A stretch of DNA of 63,565 nt from Methanosarcinales archaeon (GTDB lineage Archaea; Halobacteriota; Methanosarcinia; Methanosarcinales; Methanocomedenaceae): contig JAIOQW010000228.1 of assembly GCA_021108405.1 (NCBI GenBank), forward strand, positions 1 to 63,565, in the 5' to 3' direction. The notes below the pieces were generated by a model, which was given only the letters and a program-made list of their open reading frames with translations, made no database searches and was not told the DNA's origin. The translations under genes and the position numbers were made by a program. This document shows positions 56,749 through 63,565 of the stretch, piece after piece. Numbering within the stretch: the stretch's first letter is position 1; every line of letters begins with the position of its first letter.

Positions 56749-58050
56749 CTATCTGTTGAGTTTGATAGAGAATGCAGTATCCAGAAGAAATTTCCAGGCA
56801 GGGATTACAGGTATGTCATCCACTGTACCTTCCTCTTCCAGTGTCACAATCATTGATCTTCTGACCTTATCACCAAATTTCTCTTGATACTTCTTTACCT
56901 GTTTAATAGATTTCCTGCTTTTTTTCACTTCAATTATATCCTGTTTATCATTATTAGGGATTATAAAATCAATCTCAAAACTGTTCCTATAGAAAAATCT
57001 TGCATCTATATGCGATGCTACAATGTTTTCAAGCATATATGGCAGGATATAATCTATATCCTGGTTGAATGCAAATGCAAGATTTGGTGTATAAAGATAA
57101 GCTTTTTTCAATTTTCTCATACTTGCAATAGGACTGCCCCTGTAATTAAAAACATACTTTATTAGAAGCCCGAACTCGAGATACTCAAAATAATTGGCAA
57201 TAGTTCTCTGGTCTTTTCCAAGGTCCCTGGCAATCCCCCTATAATTAACGATCATGCCAGGTTTTTTGCAGATTATATATACAAGAGTCTTAAGCAACTC
57301 AACATCCTTTATCTCAAATTCATCTGGTAGATCCTTATATATGACCCTTTCAATAACATTGTTCAATATATATTTCCTTGCGAAATCCTCATCATTTTCA
57401 GCATAAAGTTCAGGAAACATTCCGTATTTAAGATATCGATAAAAAAGGGGGATCAATTCCCTTTTCCACAGGTCAGGTTTTTCCCTTATCTTTTTTATAT
57501 CCCTGCCTTTCATCTCGATAAATTCCTCAAATGAGAGTAGCTTCATTTGAAAATCCATCATTCTCCCTGCAAGGCTTTCTGTTGATTTTCTTCTTAGACT
57601 TACCGATGCAGAACCCGACATAACGAATTTTATGTTCGGATAAAGGTCATAGTAAACCTTTATCTTGTTCTCCCAATCGTTCACTTTTTGTATTTCGTCC
57701 AGGAAAATGTATATCTTCCCTTCTGCCTCATCAAAATTGTTACCTAAAACAGTTTGTTGGTAGCTTTCAAGGACCTCTTTGAAATCAAATACAATCTCAT
57801 CGAAAGAAAAATAGAATATGTGTTTCTTATCTATATAGGTGAGTAGGTCCTGTATAAGCTGGAACATGATTGTTGTTTTTCCTGTTCTCCTTAACCCCCA
57901 TATGAGAATTACCTGTCTTTTGTCGGTATATTTTTTAATATCAGAATAGATGTGCCTTTTGTATGGTTTAAGCCAGGAATCCTTTACATTTCCTGTTTTC
58001 CACCATGGATTAAACTGTTCCAAAGCACCTATTGATGTCATAATTACCAT
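56749..58050 (-). CDS. AAA ATPase with a DUF4143-like C-terminal domain
   Basis: Walker A IWGLRRTGKTTIM and Walker B IFLDEIQ. The C-terminal half resembles the AAA_14/DUF4143 architecture. Confidence 0.65.
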   Translation of the reverse strand: MVIMTSIGALEQFNPWWKTGNVKDSWLKPYKRHIYSDIKKYTDKRQVILIWGLRRTGKTTIMFQLIQDLLTYIDKKHIFYFSFDEIVFDFKEVLESYQQTVLGNNFDEAEGKIYIFLDEIQKVNDWENKIKVYYDLYPNIKFVMSGSASVSLRRKSTESLAGRMMDFQMKLLSFEEFIEMKGRDIKKIREKPDLWKRELIPLFYRYLKYGMFPELYAENDEDFARKYILNNVIERVIYKDLPDEFEIKDVELLKTLVYIICKKPGMIVNYRGIARDLGKDQRTIANYFEYLEFGLLIKYVFNYRGSPIASMRKLKKAYLYTPNLAFAFNQDIDYILPYMLENIVASHIDARFFYRNSFEIDFIIPNNDKQDIIEVKKSRKSIKQVKKYQEKFGDKVRRSMIVTLEEEGTVDDIPVIPAWKFLLDTAFSIKLNR

Positions 58051-58489
58051 ATAGGTACTATAACTATTTAAATCTAATTACGTTATTATGTCATCATTTC
58101 ATTATTTTAATTACATTATAATGTTATTATTTTCCATCAATCAACTGACGGTTAAAAATTAGTACGAACTTTTTAAGATAAAATTTATGAGCATCATCGA
58201 GATGCTCCGGATTTGAGTGTTAGCGAAGTCCAGGGTCGTTGACCTTCAATATATTCTAATGGTTTTAAATTCATTCAAAGCACCTGCTAAATTGTTTTTT
58301 TTGGTATTCATTTTTTCTAATGCTCATCATGTCTTTTGTCATTTTAGTAATCATTCCAACAATATCTAACCATTTTGATATAATAGACGGTGAAAAAGTA
58401 CAATTGAAAATAAGAAATCCGGTCAGACCAGAAGAGTATTTTTCCTATCCCTTTGGGTATTTCAGCTTACACCTATAGCTGAATGGCAA

Positions 58490-59224
58490 ATGAGCTTTCT
58501 ACACCGGGACTTTCTTTGGTATACAGTTATGATATTAATTCCTCTGTTAATCCTCTTTTATACCAGAAAGAGTTTCGGTTCCTATGCTATTACTTTCCAA
58601 AATTTGAGGTATCACTTTGGTGTGGTATTTACTTGCTTAGCTGTTGTGATGCCGTTGTCAGCGCTTGGATTAGGCTTCTTGCTCCCAAAACTTCAGATAT
58701 CCTATGTGGACTGGGATGGAGCACTAATTTTATCAGTGATTGAAATCTGCTCACTCTTTCTAATAGCATACTTAGTGAAAAGGAAACAGACATTTAGTAA
58801 TCTCCCCTCATCAAATATTACCTTGTTTCTGTTCCTTTTGGTAGCAGCATTTTCCCTGGCTGTATTCACAACGCCTTATACAGAGAGAATTTCTGGTTTT
58901 GTGTTCTTCTTATTTTTCGTTGGATTTGGTGAGGAAATTATGTTTAGAGGTTACATTCAGTCAAGGCTGAACGAGGCTTTTGACCGTTCATATAAATTTT
59001 TTGGGGTGAATTTGGGATGGGGGCTGGTAATTGCTTCTCTTATGTTCGGTTTCATGCACGTTATAAACCCTTACAATCCGTTTCATTGGTGGTGGGGCTT
59101 CTGGACGTTCTTCGGCGGGCTGGTCTATGGCTTTATCCGAGAGAAAACCGGTAGTGTCGTAGCTCCTGCTATTCTCCATGGAACGCCCCAAGCCTTATTA
59201 ATCCTTTTTTTGGGGTGGGGATAA
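58490..59224 (+). CDS. CPBP-family (CAAX/Abi-type) intramembrane glutamic protease
   Basis: FGEEIMFRGYIQ (EExxxR), FGFMHV and ILHGT motifs in a 244-aa polytopic protein. Confidence 0.8.
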   Translation: MSFLHRDFLWYTVMILIPLLILFYTRKSFGSYAITFQNLRYHFGVVFTCLAVVMPLSALGLGFLLPKLQISYVDWDGALILSVIEICSLFLIAYLVKRKQTFSNLPSSNITLFLFLLVAAFSLAVFTTPYTERISGFVFFLFFVGFGEEIMFRGYIQSRLNEAFDRSYKFFGVNLGWGLVIASLMFGFMHVINPYNPFHWWWGFWTFFGGLVYGFIREKTGSVVAPAILHGTPQALLILFLGWG

Positions 59225-60004
59225 ATGAAAAATAAAAACCAAACAGCAAAAGAAAAAAGAGGATTTACAACAGAAGTTGAAAATAATCTTTTTATAAGCA
59301 AATCAGATATTGAACTTATATTTCTTTTAAAATCTAATAATCCAAAAGAGAGAACTTCGTCTGCAACAATATTAGGACAAAGAAAATCTGAAAAAGCTAT
59401 TTTTGCTTTGTGTGAACAACTTAAAAATGAAGAGGCTTTATATTCAAAGATTGCTATTTCCGAAGCCCTTGGAAAAATTGGAAAACCTGCAATAAATAAG
59501 TTAGTAAAATATTTAGGTGAAATAGGAAATAACCAACATAAGATTTTACCTAACAAAATATTTAATAAATGGAACTATCCCTTACCAAGAGATATTATAG
59601 CAAGAACTATTTGTAAAATAGGAGATAGTATTTTAGTAGATTTAAATAATATTTTAGTAAATGGAAATAAAAAACAAATCTATGAGGCTATAGATGCTAT
59701 TGGATTCATTTCTTTTTATTCTGAAAATAAAATTTCTTTTGAAATCTTAGAAAAATCATTACAAAAATATAGTGATGATGAAATTATAAAATGGAAAATA
59801 ACGAGAGCGTTAAGCGCTTTTCCAGGTAAAAAATCAGAGCTGATTTTATTAAATATTTTAAAAACAAGTGAAAAACCAGAATTGGAATGGGAGGCAGTTA
59901 GAAGTTTAGGTTTAATATGTAAGAAAATCCCCGAAGAATTATTAATAGCAAAAAATGATAAGAATGAAAATGTAAGGAAAATGGTTTTTCTTGCAATTGA
60001 AAAA
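59225..60004 (+). CDS. HEAT-repeat protein (the track ORF runs on to 60109, into the next gene's signal peptide)
   Basis: Repeated ...R..A...LG.......i..L...L... helical pairs (ERTSSATILGQRKSEKAIFALCEQLKNE, SKIAISEALGKIGKPAINKLVKYL, ...). There is a 1-bp gap after the CPBP stop. Confidence 0.6.
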
Positions 60005-60361
60005 ATGATGAAATTTGATAAGCGAAAGGCATTGCTATTTACAGTCTTATTAGCAGTGTTAGCCTTTACCAGCGTTGGAAATGCAAGTGAAATTAGAATC
60101 TACTGCTGATATTTTTCTTTTGTCAGGCAGACTTTTGACAACGGTTATATTATTGCAGGAGAAAAGGATTCTGCTTGCGGTGATGGTTTTAATTTTTGGG
60201 TGATAAAACTGAAAGGAGATCCAATAGAACCGGATGAAGTATCCACACGTCTCAAATCGATACCAGCACATCCATCGCATATACCTGGTTTTGGAGTAGT
60301 GTTCTCAATTGGCAATTTGCTGGTTGTGATCTGTCTGATGTTGGGAATTAAGAGAAAATAG
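60005..60361 (+). pseudogene. Small secreted PGF-CTERM protein interrupted by an in-frame TGA (60107-60109)
   Basis: MMKFDKRKALLFTVLLAVLAFTSVGNA|SEIRIYC*YFSFVRQTFDNGYIIAGEKDSACGDGFNFWVIKLKGDP...HIPGFGVVFSIGNLLVVICLMLGIKRK*. The signal peptide and the PGF-CTERM are in one frame, separated by one stop. Confidence 0.6.
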
Positions 60362-60657
60362 GGAGATATTGTTCTTTATGGGTATAAAGGCTTATAAGTA
60401 TTGATTGTGGGATGCTTTTTGAAGTTGTTTAGAAAGCTTTATATTTAAGTAACTTTCAGGAATAGTTAGGGAAAAAATATGAAAATTTATATTGACCGAC
60501 AACATGTAAAATCGGGTGGCAGGTATTATATTAGGCCTACGGTACTTAAGTCCGAGGTATAGTGACTTCAGAAGGCTGGAATGAGGTACGCGGAGGTCGG
60601 AGTGATCGTGTGGTTGATATGGTTTTGTGGGGTGGGTCGGACGACTGGCTTTAAGGT

Positions 60658-61080
60658 GTGGGGGCGGATATGATAGTGGAAAAAGTCGTTAAAACACCTG
60701 ATAACTCTAAAAAGGTTTATATTCTAAAAGAGCAGATTAAAAAACATATAAGTCCATACTTGGTAAAGGTCACTTTAATTATGAGAATAAAGATAGGTTC
60801 TCTGGAACTATCCTTTGAAAGTAAAGAAGAAGAAGTCTGGAGACATCTCAGTAGAGAAATAGATGCCGAATACGTTAAAGGTGGATTCTGGGGGAGCGAC
60901 AAAGTTGTGGCAACTATAAAAAAAATTCGTGCAGACCTTGATCTCCTTACAAATCTGTACTCAAAACTCGTGGAAAAGCTAATTCCAGAAGAAGAACCTG
61001 AAGCTGAAGATTTAAAGGCAATACATAGCATTGATAAAATAGCTTCAGAATCAGAACTTCTAAAGGTATTTGATGCATGA
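60658..61080 (+). CDS. Hypothetical protein, possible antitoxin of the RelE-like remnant
   Basis: Open frame with an acidic C-terminus. It has an ATGA overlap with the following RelE-like ORF. Confidence 0.35.
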   Translation: MGADMIVEKVVKTPDNSKKVYILKEQIKKHISPYLVKVTLIMRIKIGSLELSFESKEEEVWRHLSREIDAEYVKGGFWGSDKVVATIKKIRADLDLLTNLYSKLVEKLIPEEEPEAEDLKAIHSIDKIASESELLKVFDA

Positions 61081-61199
61081 CTTTTGAAATAAATATCAAA
61101 GAAAAATCGTTGAAATTTATCACTTCCTTACAAAAACATGATAGAGAACGTTTAAAAAAGGGATACACACACAAAAACATTGAAGTGAATGTAAAATGA
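61077..61199 (+). pseudogene. RelE/ParE-like toxin, N-terminal 40 aa only
   Basis: Manual translation gives MTFEINIKEKSLKFITSLQKHDRERLKKGYTHKNIEVNVK*, which fits the RelE/ParE N-terminal pattern (M.y.i.i...a.k.l..L.k....ri). It is too short for a full toxin and overlaps both neighbours by 4 bp. Confidence 0.4.
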
Positions 61200-61528
61200 A
61201 AGAAGAAGTTAAAACAATATTATCAGAGGTTGTTGAGAAGCTAAAGAAAGAATATAAACCTCAAAGAATTATTCTATTTGGTTCTTATGCTTATGGCAAT
61301 CCGACTGAAGACAGTGATATAGACCTCTTGATTTTGAAAAACACAAAAAAAAGAAGAGTTGATAGATTCGTGCAGGTTAAAAGGATAATCTATAATCCTA
61401 ATTGCAAAATACCTATATCACCGTTAATATATAGTCCAGAGGAGTTAGAAGAACGCCTTATAATAGGTGATGGTTTTATAAAAGAAATAATCCAAAAGGG
61501 GACAATTTTATATGAAACAGGTAGTTGA
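61196..61528 (+). CDS. Minimal nucleotidyltransferase (MNT, pol-beta superfamily)
   Basis: RIILFGSYAYGNPTEDSDIDLLIL is the GS...DxD motif. Confidence 0.8.
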   Translation: MKEEVKTILSEVVEKLKKEYKPQRIILFGSYAYGNPTEDSDIDLLILKNTKKRRVDRFVQVKRIIYNPNCKIPISPLIYSPEELEERLIIGDGFIKEIIQKGTILYETGS

Positions 61529-61892
61529 AGAATGGCTCGAAAGAGGAAAACATGACTTAGAAGCAGCAAAATTTCTTCATACCGGGGAAGAATATTCCGA
61601 TGTAGTACTTTTTCATATTCATCAGGCGGTTGAAAAATACCTGAAAGGCTTTCTTATTAATAGGGACTGGAAATTAAAGAAGATCCACGACCTTGAATTA
61701 CTTGTAACAGAAGCTATGTTTTTTGATGATGAATTTCAAAAATATCTTGATCTTGGCAGAAAATTAACAGCGTTCTATTATGAGGAACGGTATCCTCCGG
61801 GACTAATTACTTATTACTCAAAAGAAGAAATAGAAGAAATACTGGAAATAGCCGACGAAATTATAAACGAACTGAAAGAAAGAATAGAATGA
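61512..61892 (+). CDS. HEPN-domain protein (classical HEPN, partner of the MNT)
   Basis: WLERGKHDLEAAKFL...FHIHQAVEKYLKGFL...YEERYP in 126 aa, overlapping the MNT gene. Confidence 0.75.
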   Translation: MKQVVEEWLERGKHDLEAAKFLHTGEEYSDVVLFHIHQAVEKYLKGFLINRDWKLKKIHDLELLVTEAMFFDDEFQKYLDLGRKLTAFYYEERYPPGLITYYSKEEIEEILEIADEIINELKERIE

Positions 61893-62392
61893 TAAAATGC
61901 GACTAAAAGCGTATAATTAGGTATATTTGGCTCATTTCGTTCGCCAAAATTATTTCTTATCAGTAAAAATTTCGGATAAATCAGGCTTATTAGGAAAATC
62001 CAGGTTGTTTTCAGCGAATGCATACTTCATAACCCGACCTCCAGCCCCGTGATGCCTCCGACTTGCAGTCGGGGGTCTGTGACTCGTAATATCGCTAATA
62101 TGGATTTCAAGGGAAGGTTAGGGATACCTCGGAATTTATTCCGACGGTGGTGTGGTTGGGGCTGAAGATGTTGGGCATTTTATACATCCATAAGAATACC
62201 TCAAACCACTGTAACAATCAAATCGCTAAAATTTGGCACGAATGAACTACAAAAGGAGATGAAATAACTTGTTTGTCTAAAATTTTGAGTGTTGAATTTG
62301 AGGTTGGTGAAAATTTATTTAGCCGTAAACGTATCAATCTTTATAGAGTATTTAATAGAGCTGTTAGTCATTTTGTTATTAGCATCAACAAC

Positions 62393-63142
62393 TTACATAT
62401 TGAGATTGAAACCTTCCTCGTATATGTTTAGTTTACCTTTCTCAGCTTTCACAATGAAGTTAGCTATTCTTCCATCATCGATTTTTAAGTCCATTTCAGT
62501 TTCTTCATCATTAAGGCTTAATAGCAAATAATTTTTTTTAGAATACACTTTTATGGTCTTGCCATTATCGATTTTTTCAATATTTGCTGCTTTGACCCAA
62601 TCGGTATAAAATCTCTGTTCTATAAATTCTACGAGTCTGCTGTTGTAGTTCCCTGGAACTTCATTCCAGCTAAACAGATACCTATCCTCAGTGTCAATTC
62701 CCATAACTCCAATTAATGCTCCAAAAAGTGCAAGAAAAGCAATCTTAATAAATTCTCTCTCAGTAGTTAAAATAGCCCACCCTCCTTCATCAACCACTAT
62801 AAATACTCCCAAAAACGCAAAAGAGATTGCCCCTACTGTAGCACACCCTATTGCTCTGGTACTTTTTTCTTTCTCCCACCAAGTAGTGTTAGCGGTAGTG
62901 AAAGTATTTTTTTTGGTGTGGATTGTTATCGATCTACATATTACTATAATCGTCACGATGTATAACGCCACCAGAATCCCAAAGAAAATGACCCAGTAAA
63001 ATATCCAAAAATCTAAGATAAAATCCTTTCCAAATACCTCTTCAATTGACAATCCGACAATTAACCAAACTCCAGCTAAAAGAAGTATACCAATAAGTAC
63101 CTTACCGCTGGTGTATCGTTCTATTATCCTATCTGTAGTCAT
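62393..63142 (-). CDS. Membrane protein (4 TM helices) with a soluble C-terminal domain, unknown function
   Basis: Hydrophobic N-terminal 150 aa, then a YLFSWNEVPGNYNSRLVEFIEQRF... domain. No motif recognised. Confidence 0.4.
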   Translation of the reverse strand: MTTDRIIERYTSGKVLIGILLLAGVWLIVGLSIEEVFGKDFILDFWIFYWVIFFGILVALYIVTIIVICRSITIHTKKNTFTTANTTWWEKEKSTRAIGCATVGAISFAFLGVFIVVDEGGWAILTTEREFIKIAFLALFGALIGVMGIDTEDRYLFSWNEVPGNYNSRLVEFIEQRFYTDWVKAANIEKIDNGKTIKVYSKKNYLLLSLNDEETEMDLKIDDGRIANFIVKAEKGKLNIYEEGFNLNM

Positions 63143-63328
63143 ATTTCTGCAACAAGGAATATAATAGTCGATAATACTATCTAAGCTTTATTATATAATA
63201 TAAATTTAATAGAACTTATAAAATAGTGCCCTTTTTGTCAATAAAAGCTAAAACTACAAATAAGCATTATAAACCCTCATGCACCCACGCGTGGATGCCC
63301 CGCCACTTCAGTGCAGGGTCGTTGACTC

Positions 63329-63565
63329 TCAATACCATCCACTTCTTTTTTCTGATCCGGAATAGACTACATATGATTTCGCCATTAGACATTGCATTAA
63401 TTTACTTTCGGATGATTTATTTCCACTCTCCTTAATACCACCCCAGTAATCTCCCCCATCAAATGAAAAAGTAATTTCATTTATTAACGCCATTCCAACT
63501 TTAATTTTTCTACACAATTCGTTCCCTTTTTCTATATCCTTAGTCCAGATAGTTGCAGATAGACC
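63329..63565 (-). CDS. Aldehyde dehydrogenase family protein, C-terminal end only (the gene starts beyond the right edge)
   Basis: Manual minus-strand translation from the window edge gives GLSATIWTKDIEKGNELCRKIKVGMALINEITFSFDGGDYWGGIKESGN...KSYVV. This matches the ALDH C-terminal pattern (GL.a.vwT.d......i..G.v.iN......p.apfGG.K.SG). Confidence 0.6.
   Translation of the reverse strand, partial: GLSATIWTKDIEKGNELCRKIKVGMALINEITFSFDGGDYWGGIKESGNKSSESKLMQCLMAKSYVVYSGSEKRSGWY

Noticed and set aside
59125-59556. 143-aa minus-strand ORF across the CPBP/HEAT junction
   Set aside because: It is antisense to two plus-strand genes with clear motifs and has no features of its own.
60107-60109. In-frame TGA as a selenocysteine codon
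   Set aside because: The context (IRIYC*YFSF) is not a redox motif, I see no SECIS-like stem-loop, and Methanosarcinales-type archaea are not known Sec users. A nonsense mutation is more likely.
1-63565. Whether the window comes from a Borg-like or other giant extrachromosomal element of a methane-oxidising archaeon (AT-rich, multiheme cytochrome, tandem repeat)
   Set aside because: Genes are on both strands in mixed order. Many single-copy housekeeping genes are present (aspS, tbp, smc, ths, argB, apgM, rlmE). Perfect tandem repeats are rare. A chromosomal origin is more likely, though I cannot exclude the alternative without the full contig.

Overview
This window is an AT-rich archaeal chromosomal segment. 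TBP, a group II chaperonin (thermosome), an archaeal-type AspRS, SMC, ApgM and several PGF-CTERM surface proteins point to a Methanosarcinales or ANME-2-like organism, but no searches were run. All calls come from reading the ORF translations and the DNA by eye.

Content falls into two kinds of block:
- Housekeeping blocks: ths, tatD-like, tbp, a sugar-modification trio, aspS, smc, a P-type ATPase, rlmE-TRAM, queD-like, apgM and argB.
- Accessory, scarred blocks: nested IS remnants; a broken and partly duplicated tatC around a hicAB cassette; HepT/MntA, VapBC, RelE-remnant and NTase/HEPN modules; two orphan AAA ATPases; and many short modular intergenic repeats.

Three loci stand out:
1. 43378-54257: a five-gene, minus-strand, translationally coupled operon. 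It encodes a membrane-anchored tetraheme cytochrome, an archaeal-type signal peptidase I, an unknown 336-aa polytopic membrane protein, a 2153-aa cytochrome and a CcmF-like heme lyase. The large cytochrome has 36 CxxCH plus one Cx4CH motif by my count and two inserted S-layer-type domains. I read this as an extracellular electron transfer module with its own maturation and anchoring genes.
2. 35252-41758: a putative nickel/cobalt acquisition locus. It contains a nicotianamine-synthase-like gene, a DUF4198-like protein with PGF-CTERM, a small accessory protein and CbiM/CbiQ/CbiO, where CbiO carries a His-rich tail.
3. The transporter genes of locus 2 (cbiO to the small accessory gene, plus the 372-aa ORF) are bracketed by two inverted, near-identical 143-bp MITEs, each with its own 8-bp target-site duplication.

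I found no rRNA, tRNA or CRISPR array.
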